Below, one piece after another: positions 14,043 through 24,648 of a stretch of 64,000 nucleotides of DNA; the first letter of the stretch is position 1, and the number at the start of each line of letters is the position of its first letter. A program made the position numbers and the translations under genes. Source of the stretch: Desulfatiglandales bacterium (GTDB lineage Bacteria > Desulfobacterota > DSM-4660 > Desulfatiglandales > HGW-15); NCBI GenBank assembly GCA_963667015.2, contig CAXXJJ010000004.1, positions 3,360,001 to 3,424,000 on the forward strand, in the 5' to 3' direction. Under the pieces are notes generated by a model that searched no databases, had not been told where the DNA came from, and saw nothing but the letters and a program-made list of their open reading frames with translations.

Positions 14043-14404
14043 TATTGGCCCCCTAAGGATGAGATACAACATTTAAAAATTTTATTAGATTGTAAGGAAA
14101 AATCCCGGATTGGCGCATATTCTTTACTTAAATCCCATCAGGAGAGGATTTAACAAGAATAAAAAAATTAAACCGGGAAAATCATACCTGACAAAGAAAG
14201 GATGAAAAGAATAGTTAATAACCGCATTACCGCATCACCGCTGATTCCATTCTATTTGCGATTTTAATCTTTATAAATAATTTTCAGCAAAAATAAAAGG
14301 TTTTTTTCTTGTTATTTTGAGACGTTAAAAACGAGTATATATGTACTCTAAACTTTTATACACATTATTTATCCGAAAGTTAAAATAGATGGATTAGAAA
14401 GATT

Positions 14405-15403
14405 CTACCCCCCTATGCTAGACATCTGCCTTGTACAGCTTCTGTGCCCCTGAATGTTAAGGTTGTGTCTTTCGGGTTTTTCCTTAATCGCCTTTTCAAT
14501 AAGCCCAAGAACAGCTTCATCACTTTCACCGTTTCTTAATAAAGGCAGGACATCAATCTCGCTCTCCGAAAAAAGGCAGCTCCTCAAATGTCCGTCAGAA
14601 GTGAGTCTGAGACGATTACACACTGCACAAAAATGGTTGCTCAGGGCACCGATCAGACCTATTTCGCCCTTTGCACCTTCGATTTTATATCGCTGGGCAG
14701 GTCCGTCCAGGTTGTTTCTTCTTTGTATCGTGACAAGAGGCCCCACATTTTGAAGGCGGTCATATATCTCGAGTATTGATAAAAATTTTTCGGAATTCCA
14801 GTTATTGCTCCCGCCTATGGGCATATGCTCGATGAAACGGACATGATATGGCTTTTCAAGGGTAAGCCTGCCGAAGTCTTCGATCTCATCATCGTTTACC
14901 CCTTTTATTGCCACAACATTTATCTTGATAGGCGCAAACCCCAGCCTTTCAGCCTCCTGAATACCTTCCCACACCTGTTCAAATAAATCCCTGCCGGTGA
15001 TTTTTTTAAATTTTTCCGGTTTCAATGAGTCAAGGCTTATATTGAGGCGGTGAACCCCGCATTCCTTTATCTCTGCCGCATAATGCTTTAGAAGAACACC
15101 ATTAGTAGTTATAGTAATTTCCTCAAGCCCTTCTATCTCTCTCATCCTTTTTAAAAATCCGGTAAAGCCCTTGCGTACAAGCGGTTCCCCCCCTGTAATC
15201 CTTACCTTTTGTATGCCCCTGTATATTGAAAGTCTTACAATTCGAAGAATCTCTTCATAGCTGAGGACTTTTTCGTGAGGTAAAAAATCAATGCCCTCTT
15301 CCGGCATGCAGTACATGCATCTGAGGTTGCATCGATCGGTTATTGAAAGCCTGAGGTAGCTAATCTTGCGGTTATTTTTATCAACCATTGCGATCTTATT
15401 CAT
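14405..15403 (-). CDS. moaA: GTP 3',8-cyclase (molybdenum cofactor biosynthesis, radical SAM)
   Basis: YLRLSITDRCNLRCMYCMP, second cluster motif FCAVCNRLRLT..G.L..CL, C-terminal MSSIGG. Confidence 0.97.
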   Translation of the reverse strand: MNKIAMVDKNNRKISYLRLSITDRCNLRCMYCMPEEGIDFLPHEKVLSYEEILRIVRLSIYRGIQKVRITGGEPLVRKGFTGFLKRMREIEGLEEITITTNGVLLKHYAAEIKECGVHRLNISLDSLKPEKFKKITGRDLFEQVWEGIQEAERLGFAPIKINVVAIKGVNDDEIEDFGRLTLEKPYHVRFIEHMPIGGSNNWNSEKFLSILEIYDRLQNVGPLVTIQRRNNLDGPAQRYKIEGAKGEIGLIGALSNHFCAVCNRLRLTSDGHLRSCLFSESEIDVLPLLRNGESDEAVLGLIEKAIKEKPERHNLNIQGHRSCTRQMSSIGG

Positions 15404-15462
15404 TTAATATCTTACACCTGCCTTACAGTAACAATCTTAAAACCTATAAAATAAGTTTTTTA

Positions 15463-16506
15463 CTAAAACAAGGCCCTCTGTCTCTCATCAGAGGCAGGGG
15501 TCATCACCTGGTCGTCCTCCAGGGGCTTTAATCTTTCCTTCAGAAGATAGCGTTCAAACATTCGGTTAAAATCCGTCCAGGCGCCTTCGCTTTTATCCCT
15601 TGACATAAACCTGCCTATCCCGTTCATCTTTGCATCCAGGTCATCTATAAGGTGAAGTACAAATGCCTCAAGAAATTTAGGCCTTTTAGGTGACCCGAAA
15701 TCATATTCGCCATGATGACTCAGTATCATATGCTTAAGACAAAGGGCTGTTTCCGGGGGAAACTTTTTTAAGCCTGCAAGCTTTTCCTCGAGCATTGATA
15801 CTCCAAGTACAAGATGCCCCAGGAGGCGCCCTTCATCGGAATAATCTATTGTCCTGCCATAGGAGAATTCTCTTATCTTACCGATGTCATGAAGAAAGGC
15901 GCCTGTAACAAGGAGATCCCCATCCAGTTCGGGGTACTGCTCATGAACATGAAGGGCCAGCCGGCATACCGAAAGGGTGTGCTCAAGCAGGCCGCCGATA
16001 TACCCATGATGAAAATTCTTGGCAGCCGGGGTTTCCCTGAATTTTTCACTGAATTTATGGTCTGACAGAAAGGAGTTTACAAGGTCCCGCAGGCTGGCAT
16101 TTTTAATGCGCCTTACAATCCCCTTAAGCTCCTTCATCATTTCCACAATATCAAAGGGTGAGGTTTCAAGAAAAAGGGTTAAGTTTTCTTCCTTTGACAG
16201 GGCAAGGCCGGATAATGTCAACTGGACCTGATTCCTGTATGAACCTGCCTTTCCCCATATCTCAATTACGTCACCTTCCCTGAAAAGGGCGCCCAGTTCT
16301 TCGGCCCTTTCCCAGACCCTGGTTTCGATATCCCCGGTCCTGTCCGACAGGGTCAGACTTAAAAACGGCGCCCCGTTTTTTGTCTGCCCCACCCTTTTGA
16401 CCTTGACCAGGTAAAGATCGTTAACAGAGTCATCCTCTTTAATATCCTTTACCCATAAATGGTTTTTAGGTTCGGAAGATTCGGGTTTTTCCCCATTAGT
16501 CATCAA
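15463..16506 (-). CDS. 3'-5' exoribonuclease YhaM/CBF family (OB-fold plus HD domain)
   Basis: N-terminal OB fold (LTLSDRTGDIE), PAAKNFHHGYIGGLLEHT, LHDIGK, HMILSHHG, DDLDAK. Confidence 0.9.
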   Translation of the reverse strand: MMTNGEKPESSEPKNHLWVKDIKEDDSVNDLYLVKVKRVGQTKNGAPFLSLTLSDRTGDIETRVWERAEELGALFREGDVIEIWGKAGSYRNQVQLTLSGLALSKEENLTLFLETSPFDIVEMMKELKGIVRRIKNASLRDLVNSFLSDHKFSEKFRETPAAKNFHHGYIGGLLEHTLSVCRLALHVHEQYPELDGDLLVTGAFLHDIGKIREFSYGRTIDYSDEGRLLGHLVLGVSMLEEKLAGLKKFPPETALCLKHMILSHHGEYDFGSPKRPKFLEAFVLHLIDDLDAKMNGIGRFMSRDKSEGAWTDFNRMFERYLLKERLKPLEDDQVMTPASDERQRALF

Positions 16507-17779
16507 AATCGCCTTCCGGTCCTTTATCTGAATCCAGTCCTGCAGCGCGTTCCTTTATCTTTTCGGCTGTCCACTCTTCCGGATCATCTATTCTCTGTGC
16601 CTTGGGGCCAAGATTATATGAACCTGCATCAAGTATCGCCTTTACAGCCAGCGGCGCCGTGTCCTTTGCATTAAATACATTAACCAGAAGATCATAGACA
16701 AAATCCTCTACACCCTTTGCCATCCTGTCTCTGAACTCCTTTGACTGGCCCAGTATCTTGTTCTCAAAGGGGAGATTTAGTTTTTTATAGTCTCCGGCCT
16801 TTAATTCCTTTGACTTGGCATATGCAACCATTTCCGCCCACAGTGTATCTGACATACCGTCCGATGAGACCTTTACAAACTCCTTGTTTTCATCAAGGAA
16901 GGCATTACCATATTCATTAACCTGAACACCCCATGAGATCATCTGAAGTGCTGTAGCAACATTTGCCTTTGTGGTCGCTGTTTCTGCGGCTATGCTTCTG
17001 AGCCTGTCCGAATTATTCCCGGAGGTCCCGTGCTGTGCACCGGATATATTGTAAGGCGCCAGGGCCTTGTGGATCTCAGCGGTGAGCGGAACCTGTATTC
17101 CCTGGTCACTCGCCTCTATACCGTGGGTTGTGCCGTTGTTAAGGGCAATCCAGTCAGGTGAAATGCCATTGGCATTCAGGCCCTGGATAAGAAACATTGC
17201 CTCGGCAACGGTTGAAAGACCTTCCTTTCCCTTTATCTCGCCCACCTCTGTTTCATAGCCTGCCCATTCCGGGATATAGGGATTAAGGGCAAGATTGGCC
17301 ATAAGATTCCGGTCATCAGGCAGGTGTGAGGCATCAACAGCAATAGAGGTAATACCGGCATCGAACATGCTCGGTATTTCTGTCTTTGCAGCCTCAATAT
17401 CCTTGTCGGATTTTATTCCGTAATGGTCTGCATGGATTGCCACTGGAACGGTAATGCCAAGTTCATTACATACATCATCGGCCAGCCTGGCAAGGTTCCA
17501 GAAATTAACCGCACAATATGCACCGGCTCCGCCCTCTGATTTTGCAATCTCAAGAATAATCGCAGCATTTGCCTTCTGAGCTGCCATCAGGGCACCCCTT
17601 ACAACCGCCTGGTTTCTTCCATTGGCGGCTATTGTCATTGCCTTTCCCTTTGCCCTTAAGGCCCTGTCAATGACCTTTCCACTTACAATAAGCGCCTTTG
17701 AGTTGGGAAAGAGTGTCTTTATGTTTGGCGGTCTGCCTATTTCCAGAGCCTTTTCAAAATCTTTGTTCTGATCAGCCAT
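16496..17779 (-). CDS. fba: Class II fructose-bisphosphate aldolase family protein
   Basis: AIHADHY, ETEVGEI, NGTTHG, AQHGTSG, KANVATALQ metal/substrate motifs; GGAGGAG RBS. Confidence 0.88.
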   Translation of the reverse strand: MADQNKDFEKALEIGRPPNIKTLFPNSKALIVSGKVIDRALRAKGKAMTIAANGRNQAVVRGALMAAQKANAAIILEIAKSEGGAGAYCAVNFWNLARLADDVCNELGITVPVAIHADHYGIKSDKDIEAAKTEIPSMFDAGITSIAVDASHLPDDRNLMANLALNPYIPEWAGYETEVGEIKGKEGLSTVAEAMFLIQGLNANGISPDWIALNNGTTHGIEASDQGIQVPLTAEIHKALAPYNISGAQHGTSGNNSDRLRSIAAETATTKANVATALQMISWGVQVNEYGNAFLDENKEFVKVSSDGMSDTLWAEMVAYAKSKELKAGDYKKLNLPFENKILGQSKEFRDRMAKGVEDFVYDLLVNVFNAKDTAPLAVKAILDAGSYNLGPKAQRIDDPEEWTAEKIKERAAGLDSDKGPEGDFDD

Positions 17780-17872
17780 CTTCTCCTCCGAGATAAATTG
17801 AACTGGTAATTTTAATAAAAGCCTGATTAATAAATATATTCAAATAAACCTGGAATATTATTAAAAAGATTC

Positions 17873-17902
17873 ATTTAAACACCAATAATTGCAGTGTGTC
17901 AA
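17873..17902 (-). promoter_or_regulatory. Putative sigma70 promoter of the fba-yhaM-moaA operon
   Basis: Minus strand TTGACA-17 nt-TTTAAAT, ~95 nt upstream of the fba ATG. Confidence 0.45.
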
Positions 17903-18462
17903 GGAACATAAGCTCCCGGGAAATTGTTTTTATTTCCTGCACATATAGCCAAGCAAATGAAATCGAAGAAAGGTTAATAAAGGCGGAACTTATAAATTTT
18001 CATACATTAGATAAATCGATTAAAAGTAAACCTCGTAAACTCCTATCCTGACAAAAACTTTTTTCGTGAAAATTCTTATCATGGATTAAACAGGGCCTAT
18101 CTTCGAAAAGAAGTGTGTCAAAAATTATCTATGCCCTGGAAATCCTTAAGTCAAAATTTCCGGAATATTCTCTGATGGTTATGGATGCCGTTCGACCGAG
18201 AAGTGTATCAAAATCCATGCACAATAAAATGAATTGAACCAATTTTGAAAGATTTGTGACAAATCCTGAATGTTTAACATAATCAAACAAAATCTTCTTT
18301 CCGATCTGATAATAAAACAACTCCGCTCAAACATCATGGCATGAAAATTGAATCTTATAACTCTGTTTGCCTTCTGAAAATAGTAATATTTTTTCAGATG
18401 TAACCAGATGAGGAATAATGACGATTTTTCCCTAACAGGTTTAATAAAGGATACCTGGGACA

Positions 18463-21390
18463 ATGAGCGATAAAAAACTGAAGATAACCGCATTTGATAA
18501 GGTATTAAAGAAGGCTTTAATATTTTTCTCAATACTTTTTTTCTTCGGCTGTGGCGGAGGATCTTCTCCAAAAAACTCTGCGCCCGAAGCGGTATTTACG
18601 GTTTCAGCGGACAGCGGCATTGCGCCGCTGACTGTCACCTTCAATGCCTCCGGCTCAAGTGACAGTGACGGGACCATCTCTTCATATACCTGGAGGTTCG
18701 GTGACAGCGGAACAGGAAGCGGTTCTACTGTTCAGCATACATACCTGAGTGCCGGAACCTATACTGCCCGGCTGACTGTTACAGATGATGACGATTTGAC
18801 CGGTACAGCGTCACTCCAAATCGTAGTTTCGGCCGACCCGGCAACTTTAACATACACGATACAGGGGACTGTTACCTCTGCCGAACACGTGGTAGCGGAC
18901 AGCGATGTTAATGATTTTAATGCGTCCTATACCTCCAATGATTCCTTCTCCGAGGCCCAGGTAATTTCCGCCCCGGTTACTGTCAGCGGATTTGTGAACG
19001 TGGACAACACGGGCTCCTATCCGGACAGGTTTGAAGACACCGGGGATTACAATGATTATTATCAGGCCGCCCTTACCAATGGTATGACCATCTCATTAAA
19101 TATGGCGGAACACTCAAGCAACTCGGAATTAAACCTCTATTTGTACGACAGTAACAGGACCCTGGTTACCGGCGGTTCGACCTCGACTGACAGCAATGGT
19201 ATTGCCTCCCTGACGGTTCCCGAAAACGGTACATATTACATACGTGTTGAGGCAGCAGAATATATTCATGTCCGGACATTTACACTGTATGCACTGACCA
19301 TTGGTCTGACAACAACAGCGGCCACACATGATGCATTATGCACAGGAGATGATTTTGTTCCGGGAGAGGTTTTGGTCAGATTTAAAGACGGGACCGGAAG
19401 CGTAACCTCTTTATCTGCAGCCGAACCAGGGGCGGTTTCAGGCCTGGGATTTAAGACTAAAGCGGGAAAGACCGGCCGGGACAAGCTGCTGACACGGCCT
19501 GATAGTATGGATAAAGACTCATTTTATGAAAAACTTGGTATTCGTGCCGCCCTTAAACGAAGCCTTGCACCGGGAAATATGGACATGAAAAACAGGGAAA
19601 AATTGGAAACCCTTTGGATGGTCAGGGCGCTTAGAAAACAGTCCAATGTCCGGTATGCCGAGCCTAATTACATTAGAAAACAGCTGCTTGTACCGAATGA
19701 CGGGTATTATTCCTACCAGTGGCACTATCCTCTCATAAACCTTCCTGATGCATGGGATGTTACAACCGGGAGCAGTAATGTAGTGGTTGCGGTGGTTGAT
19801 ACCGGGGTGCTGCTCGACCACCCGGACCTGCAGGGACAGCTTGTGGATGGATATGATTTTATCTCCGATACCGAAACGTCTCTGGATGGAGACGGTATAG
19901 ACGCCAATCCTGATGACCCGGGAGATCAGGATGATGTTGACGGTAACAGTTCTTTTCACGGCACTCATATAGCGGGTATCATTGCTGCATCCTCAGATAA
20001 CAGGACAGGAGTAGCGGGTATCGCATGGAATACAAAAATAATGCCTCTCAGGGTACTGGGTAAAGGCGGCGGGACCACATATGATATTATGGAGGCAGTG
20101 AAATACGCAGCAGGGCTTGAAAATGATTCCGGGATTGTCTTGAGTGATCCTGTGGAGATTATAAACTTAAGCCTTGGCGGCGAGGGGGCAACTTCTTACG
20201 AAAGGGAAATCTACTCTGAGGTCAGGGACAGGGGCATAATCGTTGTTGCCTCAGCAGGAAATGACGGGTCTGATGTTGCAATATATCCAGCAGCCTATGA
20301 GAATGTTGTTTCGGTAAGTGCCGTCACAATCGATGAGACCCTTGCATCATATTCAAACTTTGGCAGCACTGTAGATATGGCTGCCCCTGGAGGTTCTACC
20401 ACAGATACCAACGGGGACGGTTATATGGATGGTGTGCTGAGCACCTCGGGTGACGACAGCAGCGAAGCAATCGAAATGACATATGCCTTTGCCACGGGAA
20501 CCAGTCTTGCAGCACCGCATGTCTCCGGAGTGGTTGCACTGATGAAATCCCTGTACCCGGGATTGGCCCCTGATGAATTTGACTCATTGCTTGCAGGGGG
20601 ATATCTTACGCAGGATATAGGCGATGAAGGCCGGGATGACAGTTTTGGGTATGGGCTTATCGATGCATATAAGTCTGTGCTGATGGCACAGGAGATAGGC
20701 GGAGGAAACGATGTCCCGGCAATTCTTACAGTAAACCCGGGCATCATTAATTTTGCTGCTTCCATGTCAACAGCCGATATACTGGTCGAAAATAGCGGAG
20801 GAAATACCGGCTCACTGTTAATTATCGGTGTTTCATCGAGCGCTGCCTGGTTATCAGCGAATGCAGCCGGAGATGTGGATGCGCAGGGGCTGGGTACCTA
20901 TACAATAACTGTAGACCGCGATTCGCTTGATGAAGGGACCTATTCCGGAACAATTACATTTGAATCCAATGAAAATGATGTTACAGTTTCTGTTGTCATG
21001 CGTGTGGGAGATCCTTTGGCAACGACAGACGGAGGACATCACTATTTTCTCCTGCTTGATCCCGAAACCTTTGATCCTGTTAAGCAGGATGACAGCCCGG
21101 GAGTAAACGGTGTTTATGGGTTCAGTTTCTCGGGCCTCTTTTATGACAAAACCTATGTTGTTTACGCCGGTACGGATTTAAACAATGACGGATATATATG
21201 TGATGATGGAGAGGCATGCGGGGCGTATCTCTCACTGGACAGCCCAATGGAGATGACGGTGCTGGAAGATGTAACCGGAATTAATTTTACAACGGATATA
21301 AACATCAGCCTGCCAAATACATCCTCAAGCCTTTTCGCCAAGGATGGAGCTCCTGTCAGGCTGAAGGTTTTAAAAGAGGTTGAAAGATAA
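18463..21390 (+). CDS. S8 subtilisin-like serine peptidase lipoprotein with PKD and PPC-like domains
   Basis: Lipobox FFFGC; PKD motif (APLTVTFNASGSSDSDG..YTWRFGD); catalytic VVDTG, HGTHIAG, GTSLAAPHV; C-terminal Ig-like region. Confidence 0.92.
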   Translation: MSDKKLKITAFDKVLKKALIFFSILFFFGCGGGSSPKNSAPEAVFTVSADSGIAPLTVTFNASGSSDSDGTISSYTWRFGDSGTGSGSTVQHTYLSAGTYTARLTVTDDDDLTGTASLQIVVSADPATLTYTIQGTVTSAEHVVADSDVNDFNASYTSNDSFSEAQVISAPVTVSGFVNVDNTGSYPDRFEDTGDYNDYYQAALTNGMTISLNMAEHSSNSELNLYLYDSNRTLVTGGSTSTDSNGIASLTVPENGTYYIRVEAAEYIHVRTFTLYALTIGLTTTAATHDALCTGDDFVPGEVLVRFKDGTGSVTSLSAAEPGAVSGLGFKTKAGKTGRDKLLTRPDSMDKDSFYEKLGIRAALKRSLAPGNMDMKNREKLETLWMVRALRKQSNVRYAEPNYIRKQLLVPNDGYYSYQWHYPLINLPDAWDVTTGSSNVVVAVVDTGVLLDHPDLQGQLVDGYDFISDTETSLDGDGIDANPDDPGDQDDVDGNSSFHGTHIAGIIAASSDNRTGVAGIAWNTKIMPLRVLGKGGGTTYDIMEAVKYAAGLENDSGIVLSDPVEIINLSLGGEGATSYEREIYSEVRDRGIIVVASAGNDGSDVAIYPAAYENVVSVSAVTIDETLASYSNFGSTVDMAAPGGSTTDTNGDGYMDGVLSTSGDDSSEAIEMTYAFATGTSLAAPHVSGVVALMKSLYPGLAPDEFDSLLAGGYLTQDIGDEGRDDSFGYGLIDAYKSVLMAQEIGGGNDVPAILTVNPGIINFAASMSTADILVENSGGNTGSLLIIGVSSSAAWLSANAAGDVDAQGLGTYTITVDRDSLDEGTYSGTITFESNENDVTVSVVMRVGDPLATTDGGHHYFLLLDPETFDPVKQDDSPGVNGVYGFSFSGLFYDKTYVVYAGTDLNNDGYICDDGEACGAYLSLDSPMEMTVLEDVTGINFTTDINISLPNTSSSLFAKDGAPVRLKVLKEVER

Positions 21391-21592
21391 TTATTCCTGT
21401 TATGAAAAGTATATATAATCCTCTTGAATTTTTTTGCTGACATTGAAATAAATTTAGACAATCATTATATGTAATAATAGTGTTTTGAGTCAGCTATCCT
21501 GCTGCACAACCCGGAAATCCTGAGACCAGAGAAAATTTGAAAAAATTAAACAGGTAGCAGGCGTTTAAAATATCACTAATACAGGAGCTTTC

Positions 21593-22519
21593 ATGAAAGT
21601 CATTCACAGTATATTTAAATCATCATTTTATGTTCTGTTTTTCATGGTGCTTACTGCATCGTGCACACACCTTGAATCTCAATCGCTAAAGACTGATATT
21701 TTTGCTACCGGAAGAATTACCGACCGCGACCTCGGTGAGGTAAGTGGAATCGCTGCTTCCCGCATTAATAAGGATATCTTATGGGTAATTAATGACAGTG
21801 GAAACAGCGCCTCTGTTTATGCGCTCAATTCAGCTGGAAGGCTTGTCGGAACTCTGGATATCCAGGGTGTTTCAAACAATGACTGGGAAGATATCGCATC
21901 CTTTGAATATGAAGGAAAATCATATATCCTTGTTGCAGATGTGGGTGACAATTATGCGAGACGCAGCAAGTGTTTTTTACATCTTATTGAAGAGCCGGAT
22001 ATGGGTATAATAGCAGGCGGTTCTCCCTTATCCATAAAACCCTCATGGAGTATTACCTATACATATGAGGATGGGCCCAGGGATTGTGAATCTGTTGCAG
22101 TTGATACCATGGCCGGAAAAATATTGCTGTTGAGTAAAAGAGATATGCCTCCGGTTCTATATGAACTGCCTTTGGCAGCGGATAAAAATGCAGTTGCTAA
22201 AAGGTTGACAGAAATTAAGCCTCTGCAGCAAAGAACAGATGAGATAATGGATTTTTCTGTCAGCTCAAACATGACCACGGCAATGGATATTTCGGCTGAT
22301 GGTTTATCTGCGGTTGTTTTGACCTATGGCAATGCCTTTTATTATGAGAAAAAACCATCAGAAAAATGGTCTGATGTTTTTACAGGGGCGCCAATGGAAA
22401 TAGCAGTACCGCGAATGAAGCAGGCAGAATCCATATGCTTCAGCAAGGATGGCTCAGGCATATATATAACATCCGAACAAATTCCTGCGCCTTTATATAA
22501 AATGGATTTTAAAAGATAA
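21593..22519 (+). CDS. Hypothetical lipoprotein, probable beta-propeller
   Basis: Lipobox LTASC; ExSG/NDSG, DWEDI, DVGDN, DCESV, QAESI blade motifs; AGGAG RBS. Confidence 0.75.
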   Translation: MKVIHSIFKSSFYVLFFMVLTASCTHLESQSLKTDIFATGRITDRDLGEVSGIAASRINKDILWVINDSGNSASVYALNSAGRLVGTLDIQGVSNNDWEDIASFEYEGKSYILVADVGDNYARRSKCFLHLIEEPDMGIIAGGSPLSIKPSWSITYTYEDGPRDCESVAVDTMAGKILLLSKRDMPPVLYELPLAADKNAVAKRLTEIKPLQQRTDEIMDFSVSSNMTTAMDISADGLSAVVLTYGNAFYYEKKPSEKWSDVFTGAPMEIAVPRMKQAESICFSKDGSGIYITSEQIPAPLYKMDFKR

Positions 22520-22542
22520 TCGGATTGTATGATGGGTATTTA

Positions 22543-22568
22543 CAGGGGCGAAAAATCTTTCGCCCCTG
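22543..22568. terminator. REP-like hairpin between convergent genes, probable bidirectional terminator
   Basis: CAGGGGCGAAA-AATC-TTTCGCCCCTG, perfect 11-bp stem. Confidence 0.65.
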
Positions 22569-22598
22569 CATTCAAAAAGGATCTTTTACTTTTTACTC

Positions 22599-23861
22599 TT
22601 AAACCGAGTCACTTAAAAAATTCTTTGCAGTAACCGCTTCGCTGTTTTTTTCTATAACCTTCCTGCTCCTGTTATTCATTGTGTATGCTATTGCGGCAAA
22701 AACAAGTCCTGCCATACACATGATCATTGCAATAATAAATGCCTCCCTGTAGCTCCCGTTATTGGCCTCTTTAATTACTGCAGCAATCCTCGGGCCTATA
22801 ACCCCGCCTATTGCAAAGGCGATAAACATTATCCCGTAGTTGATACCAAGATTCTTTGTCCCGAATGCATCGGCAGTAATGGGCGCAATAAGGGAGATAT
22901 ATCCGCCATAGCAAAGTTCAATCACAATTATTGCAGCAAGAAATACCGGTATTATGCTGGATGTTATAAGCGCCAGAAATGACAGGATAGAAAGTATGAA
23001 CAGGAACACCAGCAGGGAGTATCTTCCCAGCTTATCCGAAACCCCTCCCCAGAAAAGCCTTCCGAATGCATTTGAGGCGGCAAGGATGCCGACAATAAAG
23101 GCGGCTTTCTGGGCCGGAAGATCCATCATGGACTGTACAATGGGTGAGGCATGTCCGAGGATCATAAGCCCTGAGGTGGCACCGATTGTAAGCGCCAGAA
23201 ATGCAACATAAAAGATCGGAGTCCTTAACATCTCCTGCCATACCAGATTTGTGCCCTTTTCCTCTATGGAAAGGCTTTTTTCTCTTTCCATGATCTCTTC
23301 ATCGGGAAACTCGCTGATAAATCTTGAGCTTATTGCTATCAGGATAAACAGTGCAATTCCGAGATATTTAAAGGCAGGCAGAATTCCATAATCAGAGATG
23401 AGCCAGGCCCCTACCGGGGCAAGAACGATTGCACCGGAGCCATAGCTTGCAACCATCACTCCGGAAATGAGACCTCTCTTTTCGGGATAAATTTTAACCA
23501 TATAGGAAATAGCAAGGGGATAAACCATGGAGGTTCCAAGACCTACCCCCAGGCCGAAGGTTAAGTACAACTGAGGGATTGAACTGACGGTTCCTGTAAA
23601 ATAAAGCCCGAGGCCGTATATAAATGCGCCGATAAGTACTATTGTTCTAGTCTTTAGATATTGTTGAAGTTTCCCAACAAGAGGGGCAATTGCGCCTACA
23701 AAAATGAACAGGGTAAATGCCACGGACACTGATGATGTTGTCCAGCCGAATTTGTCAACCAGGGGATTCTGAAATACGCTCCAGGCGTAGCCTATGCCAA
23801 TACAGATCTCAGTTATAATTCCTGCGATCAGGGTTATCCTTCTTTTATAAATCTGCTCCAT
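22599..23861 (-). CDS. MFS transporter, oxalate/formate antiporter (OFA) family
   Basis: About 12 TM segments; GIGYAWSVFQNPL, GRLFWGGVSDKLGR, FGTKNLGINYG. Start MEQIY at 23861 with AAAGGA RBS (the track starts at 23915). Confidence 0.88.
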   Translation of the reverse strand: MEQIYKRRITLIAGIITEICIGIGYAWSVFQNPLVDKFGWTTSSVSVAFTLFIFVGAIAPLVGKLQQYLKTRTIVLIGAFIYGLGLYFTGTVSSIPQLYLTFGLGVGLGTSMVYPLAISYMVKIYPEKRGLISGVMVASYGSGAIVLAPVGAWLISDYGILPAFKYLGIALFILIAISSRFISEFPDEEIMEREKSLSIEEKGTNLVWQEMLRTPIFYVAFLALTIGATSGLMILGHASPIVQSMMDLPAQKAAFIVGILAASNAFGRLFWGGVSDKLGRYSLLVFLFILSILSFLALITSSIIPVFLAAIIVIELCYGGYISLIAPITADAFGTKNLGINYGIMFIAFAIGGVIGPRIAAVIKEANNGSYREAFIIAMIMCMAGLVFAAIAYTMNNRSRKVIEKNSEAVTAKNFLSDSV

Positions 23862-24461
23862 TTTTAAAAAATCCTTTTTGTCTGAAAGAGCCGGTTTTAA
23901 AACACAGTACTTCATAGACAGAAAGGATATACTTATGGATAAGCATGTTCTTTCCGGATAAGCCTTGCCACAGAATAATTTTAGTTAACACTAATAATTG
24001 TAACCCATTAAAATCTGAAAGTATTTTAATGGTAATATATATATTCCCATCGGGAATGTAATTTTCTTCAGCAAACGTCTATGTTTTAAAACGACTACCA
24101 GTATTTTTTATATTAGTCTCAGCGTTATATTTTCCGCTGGATTAGAAATTACTTCTGCAATTTCTCTATTAAGTCGATATAAGACCTCATGGCTGGGTAT
24201 GAAACGCGCATATTCAAGAGAAGTTGATGTGATAAATCTAAAGGATGGGTAAAACCTTAAAAAATCTCATCTTCAAACTCAAACTGTAATACGCGGCTCC
24301 TGAAATTCCAAGCCTGCTGGTCATTAAATCATATAAATTAAACCAGAGACAGGAGCCCAAAATCCTGCTTAATTCAAAATACATGGGCATATTAGCAGGA
24401 AGAGTTCGCCTAGTCAAACTATAAATATTCTTGTCTGTAGATTCTTTTTACTTTTCATGAA

Positions 24462-24490
24462 TTGACACTATTCATTCAAAATTTTATAAT
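24462..24490 (+). promoter_or_regulatory. Consensus sigma70 promoter for the two-component operon
   Basis: Exact TTGACA-17 nt-TATAAT, ~160 nt upstream of ATG 24649. Confidence 0.75.
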
Positions 24491-24648
24491 TTCTTTCCTA
24501 TTGTTCTTAAACTGGTTTTAATAATATTATCAATTAAGTTTTAACTCTTAAATAATTCAGGCCTAAATAATTTTTCAATTTCCTTTTGAGGCTTCATTAT
24601 GCTTGTCAGATGTGAGTTTTATTAAAGGTCCATTGAGTAAACAAAACG

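Noticed and set aside
18129..18677. Minus-strand ORFs upstream of and overlapping the S8 peptidase
   Set aside because: AT-rich promoter DNA or antisense to a real gene; no recognisable motifs.
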